The notes under the pieces: generated by a model | What the model saw: only the letters and a program-made list of their open reading frames with translations | Told to the model about the DNA's origin: nothing | Database searches by the model: none | Translations under genes and position numbers: made by a program | Shown here: positions 37,286 to 46,608 of the stretch, one piece after another | Layout of the letters: each line of letters starts with the position of its first letter | Position numbering within the stretch: the stretch's first letter is position 1 | Assembly: GCA_043732305.1 (NCBI GenBank) | Contig: JAYTHU010000231.1 | Coordinates: 28,807 to 92,806 of the forward strand | Reading direction: 5' to 3' | Length of the DNA stretch: 64,000 bases | Source of the DNA: Oligoflexia bacterium | GTDB lineage: Bacteria > Bdellovibrionota > Bdellovibrionia > JABDDW01

Positions 37286-38422
37286 CTAAATATCGAAGCC
37301 AATGAATTGGCATTCAATGGCGCCGTTGAAGACGCGGTGGCGTTCAGCAGGTTTTTGATCGATGGCTTTGATCAAAACTTCGGCCAAATGAGGGTCACTG
37401 GCTAAGGTGAAAAAGCGCCACCCCTTGCCTTTGAAATTCTCGCTCAGCACCTTGCCTAAATTATTGTACAAAGGAATGAGTGCCTCTTGGCTCCCGAGTC
37501 TTTCACCATAGGGTGGATTGACAATAATAATTCCCGGTTCGGGCGCGGGCCGGAATTCCAAAATGTCTTGCTGCTTAAACAAAGTGACAATTTCAGTTTC
37601 AGCATTGGCGGCGTTCGCTCTAGCTGCCGCAAGAGCACGTCCATCATTGTCCGATCCGTAAATTCTAAATGGGACGTCGGAGAGTTCACGCGCGCCAATT
37701 TCCTCGGAGATTTTTTGGAATGCATCTTTTTGGTAGGTCTTCCATTTTTGAAAACCAAAGCGACTACGAAATATTCCGGGAGGACGATTGAGCGCCATGA
37801 GTCCTGCTTCAATACAAAAGGTGCCCGATCCACACATGGGATCCATGAGCGCACTCTTGCCATTCCAACCTGTCATTTTAACGAGAGCTGCAGCGAGATT
37901 TTCTTTGAGTGGTGCAGAAGCTCCGCGGTCCCGGTAACCACGCAAATGCAGTGAACCACCGGAAGTGTCGAGTGAAACTGTGCAGACGTTTTTTACTAAT
38001 CGTAGGGAAATTTGCATGTCGGGATTTTCGGTGTCCACGTTTGGACGTTCACCAAATTTTTTACGGAACTGATCGGCAACGGCATCTTTAGCTTTCAAAG
38101 CCACGATCCGCAAATCTCTGATCACGCTATCACGCACACTTGAGTCCATCGCCATCGTTTGATCGACGTTGATATACTTGGTCCAATCATGCTTGAGCAT
38201 GTTGTGATAAACCTGGTCAGGCTCATAAGCTGGAAAATCTAAAACGGGATAAAGAATGCGAGAGGCGGAAACAACTTCCACGTTGGCCTTATAACAGTCA
38301 GCCCAACTTCCTTCGAATCCAACTCCTGCGATACCAGGAAATGTTTTTAATCCTAATTTTTCTAATTCTTTAGTGAGAACTCTTTCGAGTCCGCGGGGAA
38401 CGGTTGCAAAAAATTTTGGCAT
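37286..38422 (-). CDS. rlmL: THUMP-domain SAM-dependent rRNA methyltransferase (RlmL-like)
   Basis: SLDTSGGSLHLRGYR, APLKENLAAA, DPMCGSGT, NPPYGERL motifs. Confidence 0.88.
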   Translation of the reverse strand: MPKFFATVPRGLERVLTKELEKLGLKTFPGIAGVGFEGSWADCYKANVEVVSASRILYPVLDFPAYEPDQVYHNMLKHDWTKYINVDQTMAMDSSVRDSVIRDLRIVALKAKDAVADQFRKKFGERPNVDTENPDMQISLRLVKNVCTVSLDTSGGSLHLRGYRDRGASAPLKENLAAALVKMTGWNGKSALMDPMCGSGTFCIEAGLMALNRPPGIFRSRFGFQKWKTYQKDAFQKISEEIGARELSDVPFRIYGSDNDGRALAAARANAANAETEIVTLFKQQDILEFRPAPEPGIIIVNPPYGERLGSQEALIPLYNNLGKVLSENFKGKGWRFFTLASDPHLAEVLIKAIDQKPAERHRVFNGAIECQFIGFDI

Positions 38423-39717
38423 TACTTCAGGCCTCTAGTTATCTCTTTTGGAATTTTATCAAATCCGCAATATTTTCTAAGTACTTCAGGAATCAAAACA
38501 CTTCCATCTTCTTGTTGGAAGTTTTCTAAAATCGCAACAAGCGTTCTTCCTACAGCCAATCCTGATCCGTTCAACGTGTGAACAAATTCTGGTTTACCAC
38601 CAGCTTTTGGTTTGAATCGAATATTCGCGCGACGGGCTTGGAAATCTTCAAAATTGCTGCAGCTAGAAATTTCGCGATAAGTATTTTGCCCAGGAAGCCA
38701 AACTTCTAAATCATAAGTTTTTGCCGAACCAAAGCCAATATCTCCAGAACATAAAATCATCGTGCGATACGGGAGCTCAAGTGCTTTCAGAATATTTTCC
38801 GCATGTGATGTTAAAAGTTCGTGCTGTTCATATGAAGTTGCAGGATGAGCGAAACGCACAATTTCAACTTTATTAAACTGATGTTGGCGAATCAATCCCT
38901 TGGTGTCTTTTCCATAAGTTCCCGCTTCTGCACGAAAGCAAGGGCTGTAAGCGGCAAAGGCAATCGGAAGTTGATCTTCATTCAATGTTTCATCGCGATA
39001 GAAATTTGTGACAGGAACTTCAGAGGTAGGGATAAGCATGTAGTCTGGCGATTTGAGATGGAAAAGATCTTCGCCGAATTTTGGAAGTTGGGAGGTGCCC
39101 ACCATCGATGCATTATTCACCATTAAAGGCGGAATCATTTCTTCGTAGCCGTTTTTACCAATGTGTTGATCGAGCATAAAATTGATAAGCGCTCGTTCAA
39201 CACTTGCGCCATATCCACGGACAAAGGTAAATCTTGCTCCCGTGACTTTTGCGGCTCGTTCGAAATCGAGGATTTTTAGATCTTCACCGATTTCCCAATG
39301 CTCTTTGGGTTTGAAGGGAAATTTTCCAGGTTCGCCCCATTTTCTAACTTCTTTATTTGCAGTGGCTGAATCACCAACCGGAACACTTTCGTGAAGATAG
39401 TTCGGTAAACGAAGTGCTAGCTCACGAACTTCGGCGTCTATCAAAGTAGCCAAACCTTCTTGGCGCTTCACTTCTTGAACCATGGCTTTCATCTCATCTA
39501 AAAGGTGAGATGCATCGCCTTTTTCTTTTTTAATTTTAGCAATTTGTTCGGTGACTTTATTTTGCTTTGCTTTTAATTCTTCGGCACTTTGTATGGTTTT
39601 CTTGCGCTCATTGTTTGCGGCAAGAACCTTGTCCACTTCAGAAAGATCGCCACCGCGAGCAGAAAGGGCTTTTTTATATTTTTCGGGGTCGGCGGCTAAT
39701 GCTTTAAGATCGATCAT
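38422..39717 (-). CDS. serS: Seryl-tRNA synthetase
   Basis: [42 protein letters not shown]. Start refined to MIDLK at 39717. Confidence 0.97.
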   Translation of the reverse strand: MIDLKALAADPEKYKKALSARGGDLSEVDKVLAANNERKKTIQSAEELKAKQNKVTEQIAKIKKEKGDASHLLDEMKAMVQEVKRQEGLATLIDAEVRELALRLPNYLHESVPVGDSATANKEVRKWGEPGKFPFKPKEHWEIGEDLKILDFERAAKVTGARFTFVRGYGASVERALINFMLDQHIGKNGYEEMIPPLMVNNASMVGTSQLPKFGEDLFHLKSPDYMLIPTSEVPVTNFYRDETLNEDQLPIAFAAYSPCFRAEAGTYGKDTKGLIRQHQFNKVEIVRFAHPATSYEQHELLTSHAENILKALELPYRTMILCSGDIGFGSAKTYDLEVWLPGQNTYREISSCSNFEDFQARRANIRFKPKAGGKPEFVHTLNGSGLAVGRTLVAILENFQQEDGSVLIPEVLRKYCGFDKIPKEITRGLK

Positions 39718-39728
39718 ACATCCTCTGA

Positions 39729-40016
39729 TTATTCGCCGGGAGCGATAAGAATGTACATTCTTAGCAGCATTGCGGTCATGACACAAAACAAATTAAACAG
39801 AACAACTCCTGTGAATTTCCACTTTTGACTTAATTTCACGAATGCGCCAGTCATAGCCACAATCACAAATATAAAAGCAAATGTAGCCATCGAGAAGAAA
39901 CCCTTCAGCACAAGTGCCAGAGTCAGTCCCAATAATATTCCGGAGATCGTCTTAGCGAGCAATAGGCCAAAACCTCTACTTGATTCTTTGAGTCGTCCTT
40001 GCATTTTTTTAATCAT
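39729..40016 (-). CDS. Small hypothetical membrane protein (3 TM)
   Basis: Hydrophobic ORF in the operon between the TPR gene and serS. Confidence 0.65.
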   Translation of the reverse strand: MIKKMQGRLKESSRGFGLLLAKTISGILLGLTLALVLKGFFSMATFAFIFVIVAMTGAFVKLSQKWKFTGVVLFNLFCVMTAMLLRMYILIAPGE

Positions 40017-40024
40017 ATTTCCCC

Positions 40025-42769
40025 TTATTCCAGATCTTTCATTTTATCTAAAATTACAGCTTTGTCAGGTGGATTTGGGTCTAGGCGCAAGTATTGTTGG
40101 AAACTTCCAACAGCTTCGCCGGCCATTCCTTTTTGTTCGAAAATATAGCCTTGCTCACGATAAATTTCCGCAAACCCAGACTCCTTAGCTTCAGCTAATC
40201 GCAGCATCGCTAACGCTGAATCAAGTGCGCCGGCTCCATGATAGGCTTTGGCCTGCTTCACGTAAATATTTGCCGTCTGTGGTTTTAGTTCTGAAGCTCT
40301 TTGATAATCTTGCGCGGCTTGCTGATATTTTCGCAAAGTGAGATTGATGTCCCCTGAAAGTTCCCAAGGATCGGCTAACCGCGGATTGAGACGCTCTTCC
40401 TCTTTTAATTCTTTGAGAGCAAGATCCCCAGTACCGGACTTAAAATACACTTTAGCGAGATTGTAATGGGTCAACGGAAATTTGGGATTGATCCTTGCCA
40501 CCAATTGAAATTGTTTGACCGCTTCCTGATATTTTCCTGCCTTGGTGTAAACTTCCCCAGATCTAAAAAGTCCTGCTGGATCACTAGGGTCTATGCGGGC
40601 AGCCGATAAATATGCTTGGAGTGCCCCATCACCATTGCGGTTGAAATAATTCGCATCACCCAACAAGAGAAAAGCTTCTTTGTTATTGGGATCATATTGA
40701 ACGACTTGGTTCAGAACTTTTTTGGCTTCATCATATTGTTCGTCTTGAATGTAAACTTCGCTCAATCCAATTCGATATTCGATAGTTGAAGGATAGGTGT
40801 TAATGAGATCCTGAAAAAATCCGACGGCATTAGCCACTCCTTCAAAAGTCGCTCTGATCTTCCCGAAAGTCACCTGAGCTTCGGCATTTCTAGGATCAAG
40901 TTGGACGGCACGCTTGGCGTATTCTTCAGCTTTAACAACATTTTTTTTGCCGAGTAAGATTTTTGCCATCAACTGGTTTCCTAAAACATCAGTCTCATAA
41001 CTTTGTAGTGCTCGTTGCACATAACTCTCAGCCGCAGTGAAATCTCCGCGTCTGTAATAAAATAAGCCGTAGGCTCTTAAAATTTCATAATTTCTGGGAT
41101 TAGCTTTGAATCCTTGCTCAAGAGTATCTGCAGCGCCTTCAAAATTATAGAGGGTGGTTTTATAATCAGTGAGCTTAACGTAGGCAGAAACTAATTTCGG
41201 ATCTGCGCTGATTGCCTTTTGCAAATAATCGATTGCTTCTTGCGGTTGATGTAAACGCCAGAGAGATTCTCCAGCTCGCATAGCCGCTGTGGCATTTCCG
41301 GAATTTGCTTCGAAGGCGGCTTTGAATTGTGCTTGCGAAGCGAGGTAATTCTTCATGCGCCAATATTCTTCACCGAGCTGCATGTATTGTTTGTCGTTGC
41401 TAGAACTCCTAATTTGATTAAAATCTCCACCCATTTTTCGTACTAAATCCCTAAGGGCAGGATCACTTGGATTAAGCGCATATGCCAACGAGGCTTGTTT
41501 AAGAGCTGCTAAATCGTCTCCGGATTTTTTATAAATTTGCGCAAGCACCACACGCCCGCGAGCTTCTGTTTGGGGTAAAAGTTTTTCCGGTGACTCAAAA
41601 GCTAAAATTAGATCTTCTTTCGCTTTCTCAGAATGATTGAAATAAATTTCTTCAACTACTCCCATTTCTAAGCGAGCACCCGAATGGTTGGGATTCATCT
41701 CCAACGCTTTATTTAAATATGCTTTTGCCTGGGAAGCTTGACCAAGCTTGCTGTAACAAACTCCTAACATGTATTGAGGCTTCACCCAGTAAGGCAAAAG
41801 GGTCGCCGCTTTTTCGAAATAATTTCGCGCCTGATCATAATCAGCAGAATTATAGAAATTCTGCGCTTTTAATTCGTAAAATCTTCCCTCAGTTGGATCT
41901 GCAATTAAACCCGAATCAATTTGAGATTTTGAGTTCACATCGTAACTCAAAAGAGTATCCGCAATGGCGGTGGCGAGCGCTCGTTTCTGACCATAAAGAT
42001 CAGCTCTCGAAGCCGCTTGTAAAAGCCACTGGATGACCGCTTGATCATGACTGTCTTGTCGCACGAAGGGCCAGAGTTCATAGTCAGTGAGAAGGAGCAT
42101 TACAATGGCATCGACGTTGCCCGGAGATTCTTCCACCGCACGCACGTAAAATTCTTCGGCCTTAATATAATTTAAAAATGTGTCTTTATAAAAAGCTCCC
42201 CAGCCGATTTTGAACTGTTCTCTGGATTTATTAGCATCACTTTTTTCTTTTGGTTGAGGACTGATGAGATTTAGAGAATGACCGGTCACCACACGTTTAT
42301 GGGTAAGTCCGACCACAAAAAGCGCAATAGCAGCTCCAATAATAAGCAGGGGTATAAAGTTTTGTTTGTGATTAGATTTTTTTCGTCTTTTTTCATTGAA
42401 CTCGGTTGTTGATTTTTGCGCAGATAATGGAGGAACGGCCTTTAATATTTTTGATTTTACGGTTCCCCGCTCGAGTGGAACTTTGATTTCCTCTTTATTC
42501 TCGGAAACAATTGGAGGCAACTCACCCGAAGGTTTTATTTTATTCTTTTTCGATGGATTGGACCCTTGAGATAGAACTTGCATGAAAATTTCAGTGAGTT
42601 CTGCCGCGTGAGAAAATGATTCCCAATCGCCCGCTGGATACTCCGAGGCTTCTTCCTCTCCAGTCAGGACGCCCTTCAATAATAACTCGGAAATTTTATT
42701 TTTATCGAAAGGTCCATAGATGTGCCCGGACGCCATCCGGAAAATCCATCTTTTGTTTTGTGATGTCAT
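40025..42769 (-). CDS. GYF_2-like-TM-TPR repeat protein
   Basis: N-terminal W...GHIYGPF...W motif, one TM, many TPR repeats. Confidence 0.85.
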   Translation of the reverse strand: MTSQNKRWIFRMASGHIYGPFDKNKISELLLKGVLTGEEEASEYPAGDWESFSHAAELTEIFMQVLSQGSNPSKKNKIKPSGELPPIVSENKEEIKVPLERGTVKSKILKAVPPLSAQKSTTEFNEKRRKKSNHKQNFIPLLIIGAAIALFVVGLTHKRVVTGHSLNLISPQPKEKSDANKSREQFKIGWGAFYKDTFLNYIKAEEFYVRAVEESPGNVDAIVMLLLTDYELWPFVRQDSHDQAVIQWLLQAASRADLYGQKRALATAIADTLLSYDVNSKSQIDSGLIADPTEGRFYELKAQNFYNSADYDQARNYFEKAATLLPYWVKPQYMLGVCYSKLGQASQAKAYLNKALEMNPNHSGARLEMGVVEEIYFNHSEKAKEDLILAFESPEKLLPQTEARGRVVLAQIYKKSGDDLAALKQASLAYALNPSDPALRDLVRKMGGDFNQIRSSSNDKQYMQLGEEYWRMKNYLASQAQFKAAFEANSGNATAAMRAGESLWRLHQPQEAIDYLQKAISADPKLVSAYVKLTDYKTTLYNFEGAADTLEQGFKANPRNYEILRAYGLFYYRRGDFTAAESYVQRALQSYETDVLGNQLMAKILLGKKNVVKAEEYAKRAVQLDPRNAEAQVTFGKIRATFEGVANAVGFFQDLINTYPSTIEYRIGLSEVYIQDEQYDEAKKVLNQVVQYDPNNKEAFLLLGDANYFNRNGDGALQAYLSAARIDPSDPAGLFRSGEVYTKAGKYQEAVKQFQLVARINPKFPLTHYNLAKVYFKSGTGDLALKELKEEERLNPRLADPWELSGDINLTLRKYQQAAQDYQRASELKPQTANIYVKQAKAYHGAGALDSALAMLRLAEAKESGFAEIYREQGYIFEQKGMAGEAVGSFQQYLRLDPNPPDKAVILDKMKDLE

Positions 42770-42858
42770 GTATTTAAGTCTACGGGATCAGCGGCTTTTA
42801 GAGAAGATGCATGTCGCCCGCAAACGCAGATCCAGACTGGGCTTTGGCCGGGTCGAGT

Positions 42859-43185
42859 CTAGAGTTTTCCGTTTGAAAGCAAATGCACATGCAAATGAAA
42901 AACGATCTGACCGCCACCAGCACCAGTGTGGATCACGGTTTTATAACCTTGATTCACAAGATTGTCTTTTTCGGTAACGTCTTTCACCGCTAGAAATAGA
43001 TCTGTCATGATCGACATTTTTTCTGCTGGAATATCGGCCAACGAATGAAAATGCTCTTTAGTAACAAAGAGATAATGAACATCCGCCTTAGGTTGAATAT
43101 CTTTAAACCCAAGTATCTTTTCATTTTCAAATATCTTGGTCGCCGGGAGTTGACCCGCCACAATTTTACAGAAGAGACAATCCAT
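42859..43185 (-). CDS. HIT family nucleotide hydrolase (HinT-like)
   Basis: DCLFCKI and the histidine triad FHLHVHLL. Confidence 0.93.
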   Translation of the reverse strand: MDCLFCKIVAGQLPATKIFENEKILGFKDIQPKADVHYLFVTKEHFHSLADIPAEKMSIMTDLFLAVKDVTEKDNLVNQGYKTVIHTGAGGGQIVFHLHVHLLSNGKL

Positions 43186-43338
43186 ATAGTTCCATTCTGA
43201 GACTAAAAAAGGGTTAGTTCCAAATGCGTACCATATGGCTTAGCGCGTTGTCATCTCCTGAAGTCCTTGTTTCATCTGAAGTTTTAAATCGTGACGCTTT
43301 CTGGCACATCGATTGCTATAGTGGCGAGAGAGTAAAAT

Positions 43339-43461
43339 ATGATGTCAAAAAAATTGTTGATCTTAATTTATGTAGTGGCGGTTCTCCTGTTTTCAGGATT
43401 TATGGCTCATGCATCATCAACAAAAGTTTTGAACTCTGTTTTGCTCACAGCTAATCACTAA
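43339..43461 (+). CDS. 40-aa ORF consisting mostly of a signal peptide (or the 5' part of a nonsense-broken gene)
   Basis: MMSKKLLILIYVVAVLLFSGFMAHA|SSTKVLNSVLLTANH*; the frame continues open to 43668. Confidence 0.4.
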   Translation: MMSKKLLILIYVVAVLLFSGFMAHASSTKVLNSVLLTANH

Positions 43462-43673
43462 GCTTCATTGAAGGCACTAAAGCAGCCTCTATTGATGAAA
43501 CGAAGTGAGGAGCAAATTCAAGTCCCCCTCTATGTAGAGCAGATCACCCCCTCCCCCGATCTGCTCTTTTTTTTGTCTTATTTTCAACAAAGCAATCTTC
43601 ATGAGCAAGTTTTGAGCTTGGGCTCAAACCTAGATGATCTCCGCGAGGTATGTTTTTCGCACTGCTGAAATAA

Positions 43674-45467
43674 ATGATTCGAATTTTTCCGATTTTGTTC
43701 TTAGGACTCTTGGCGTTCTCTAGTGATGTCTCACTAGCAAATGAGGCTACCCCAGAAAATCTTCCGGACAACGCTCGCATTCTTGGCGCGGCCACGTATC
43801 GTCCGGAAACACTTCGCAAGCTCGCAAACCCGGTTTTACTTTATGTGGATTTTGATTGGTTAGTCGAACAGGGTTGGAATCTGGAAACTCTCACCTTAGA
43901 AAAGCTATACGACAAATACGCCTATGCCATTCCGATGAAAGGTGAAGTCGAAAGCGCTTACACTTCCGAGACTAAAACTTTTTATTCCGATTTTTATGGT
44001 GGTGATCTCATTGGCTACAACTATGGAAGCGGAAGAGTTGTCACGTCCGAAACATTTCAGATCAAAGGTGCCGGACCAACTTCGATGTTGTCTAAGGCCC
44101 ACAAAGCAAATGATACAAATAAATTCCATGTTGGCGCGGTCACATTACAAGAAGGAATAATCGAAACATTAAAATCTCAGGTGGCACACAACGAGTTTCC
44201 ACAAGGCGCCAATCGAGTTGGGATTTTAATTAAGACTGGAACAAAAGTTAAGATTGGCAAAATTTTTGAAAATCGCGCCATCATTGTCAGAGCAGATGAA
44301 GTCCGGCCGGCCCATTTTATAGAGAATGAAAATCTCACGGGACGCGCTCGAAAAAAAGAAAAAAACCGAGTGGATGAAATCATACATCAATATTTTGAAA
44401 ATAAAACTCCGCCAGGGTTAGACGATTTTTTTACGAATTTATATGTGCAAATGGGAAAATCCGCGGGCTTTGCTTACGCCAACAGACTATACAGCGGCGG
44501 TATCACGGCCTCAAATATTGGAATGAATGGCCGCATTATTGATTTTGGTTGGTTCGTGGGACTGGACGGATATGCATCCGTTGCCGTGACACCGCGCTGG
44601 GATTATAACGGACTAAATGCTGACTACAAAAGAGCGTTGACCGGGTTGTGGAAATCCGTTCGTCAACGCCTCCCTCATTTGCTCGATAAAAAACGCTTAG
44701 AGCTAGTTTTTAACAATGCGGCTAAAACTGAAATGTATGCGCAGTTTCAAAGCCAATTTGGAATGCCATCCGAAATGTTAAAAGATCATTCAAGTTTCAT
44801 AGGAGATACCTTTTATCGTTTAGCTGCAGCTGGAAATGATAATTATATAAACAGAGAGTATTACCCAGGGCGGACGGGATATTTTGATATTCGCCATCTC
44901 CTCACGGTGACCGCCTCTCACCTTTTCATATTACAAAGTACTTTCGATGAATCTACAATGTCTTCATATTTGGATTCTTTGCTTTCGCCAGATATTCCGG
45001 ATAGCGACACCCGAAAATTCTTTATTGAAGAATACATGCACGTGATTCAGGTAGGCCTTGCATGGGCAAAACAGAATGACATCAGCCGCGAAAATTTCTA
45101 CAAGTATATTGCTTTAGCTTCTGAGATTAGAAGCAAACGTCAAATATATATCAATCATGAATATTTACAGAAATTACATTGGCAGGAAATTGAGCGTGAT
45201 CATATAAATACAAATGATCCTCGTCTGATTCAAGATGCACTTCCTCAAGCGATCGCCGCTAGTCGACGCCTATTCAAAGAAGCGGAGCCATTCACACTTG
45301 TGCTTAACGAGCATACAACCGCTGATTATGGAATCAGAAAACAAAGAATTTTTAATTTAAAAACGGGCGTGATCTCGGAAAAAACAGTGGGTCATTTTTT
45401 AAATCGACATAAAGCAGTGCTTCCGGATTACTGCAGGGACGTCTTCATTAAAATCATAGAGAATTGA
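43674..45467 (+). CDS. Exported SelO/YdiU-fold (MchC/MceJ-like) protein
   Basis: Signal peptide; YGGDLIGYNYGSGR, FQIKGAGPT, IIE, RAIIVR...RPAHF, TASNIGMNGRIIDFG. Confidence 0.7.
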   Translation: MIRIFPILFLGLLAFSSDVSLANEATPENLPDNARILGAATYRPETLRKLANPVLLYVDFDWLVEQGWNLETLTLEKLYDKYAYAIPMKGEVESAYTSETKTFYSDFYGGDLIGYNYGSGRVVTSETFQIKGAGPTSMLSKAHKANDTNKFHVGAVTLQEGIIETLKSQVAHNEFPQGANRVGILIKTGTKVKIGKIFENRAIIVRADEVRPAHFIENENLTGRARKKEKNRVDEIIHQYFENKTPPGLDDFFTNLYVQMGKSAGFAYANRLYSGGITASNIGMNGRIIDFGWFVGLDGYASVAVTPRWDYNGLNADYKRALTGLWKSVRQRLPHLLDKKRLELVFNNAAKTEMYAQFQSQFGMPSEMLKDHSSFIGDTFYRLAAAGNDNYINREYYPGRTGYFDIRHLLTVTASHLFILQSTFDESTMSSYLDSLLSPDIPDSDTRKFFIEEYMHVIQVGLAWAKQNDISRENFYKYIALASEIRSKRQIYINHEYLQKLHWQEIERDHINTNDPRLIQDALPQAIAASRRLFKEAEPFTLVLNEHTTADYGIRKQRIFNLKTGVISEKTVGHFLNRHKAVLPDYCRDVFIKIIEN

Positions 45468-46602
45468 TTTTTTTCTTTAACAGTTTGGAGATAATCAGAG
45501 TTGAATGAGCTGGCAATCCTAACTGTTTTAAAACTTCCGAATAATCCAAATTTGAATCGCCAGAAAAACTTTGAGCTAAAGAGCTTTTAAAATCTTGTTC
45601 GCTGGAGACTCGCTCCGCCAAACCGCTATCGATCACAAACGCAGAATATTTTGATCCAGGAACATCAAAAAAGATAGAGCGCTTTTTCATGAAAACAGCT
45701 TGCGTTCCAACGGTGGAGCTTTGGCTTACAATCACGTCCGCAAGCATGGCGACTTCTCTCGTTTTTAAAGACTTGGAGAGAATTAAAATCGGATTACTTT
45801 TGTACTTTGCCAAAATCCTGCGCTCGATAGATCCATCTCCTTTTGGATGAAGCGATACAAAAATATTATAATTTTTCTGGTCTAACGTTGCTTTTACAAA
45901 GAGTTCAAAAGCCTTGTAATAATCATCTCCGTATCCACCAGCGTAGAGAATAGTTTTTAAATTTTTATTATACTTCGGCAGCTCTTTGATGATTGCGGCT
46001 TTATCAATTTTCTCGAAACCCCACACTTCCGTTGTGGGTTGCCCAACGGCTATAACAGGAATTTGAGGATATAATTTTCGAAATTGCGTCACTTGCAAAC
46101 TTGAAGGCATCCAGATTTCAGAAAAGCTACTGAGATATTTCGAAGTGAAAGTTTCGGGCTCGATATAAGAAAGACTATCAGAGTACCCAATCGTTTTTGA
46201 CGAATTTTTAAATGTGAGAGCAATCTGTCTTTGTGCCTCGGAAATCATTCCTGAAACCAAAATTTTAGGGGAAACACAATTCTTAACTTTTGATAAATCT
46301 TCTAAACCTAAAGATCGCTCCTGTGTCCATTGCCCATCATTAATTTCTTTGGAAACACCGCAGTCTTTGACAAGATCAATAACTTCCTTTGAACTCGGAA
46401 ACAGGTTTCGGGAAGTGGCCATCACCAATGCGCGATATTCCACATGATCATGATCGAGTTGTTTTAGAACTGGCTGAAAAGCGAGAGTTTCTCCGGCATC
46501 ATAAAAAACAAACAGCAATGGAATTTTACGAGCTGATAGAGCAAAAGAAGGGAAAAGCAAAATTAAGAAAAGCAGGTTCCGAAAGTGAGTAATGCTTTTC
46601 AT
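45454..46602 (-). CDS. Exported GT-B-fold-like hypothetical protein
   Basis: Signal peptide; YDAGET, VSLHPK and ADVIVSQSSTVGTQA resemble GT-B C-lobe motifs. Confidence 0.5.
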   Translation of the reverse strand: MKSITHFRNLLFLILLFPSFALSARKIPLLFVFYDAGETLAFQPVLKQLDHDHVEYRALVMATSRNLFPSSKEVIDLVKDCGVSKEINDGQWTQERSLGLEDLSKVKNCVSPKILVSGMISEAQRQIALTFKNSSKTIGYSDSLSYIEPETFTSKYLSSFSEIWMPSSLQVTQFRKLYPQIPVIAVGQPTTEVWGFEKIDKAAIIKELPKYNKNLKTILYAGGYGDDYYKAFELFVKATLDQKNYNIFVSLHPKGDGSIERRILAKYKSNPILILSKSLKTREVAMLADVIVSQSSTVGTQAVFMKKRSIFFDVPGSKYSAFVIDSGLAERVSSEQDFKSSLAQSFSGDSNLDYSEVLKQLGLPAHSTLIISKLLKKKINSL

Positions 46603-46608
46603 AACGAG

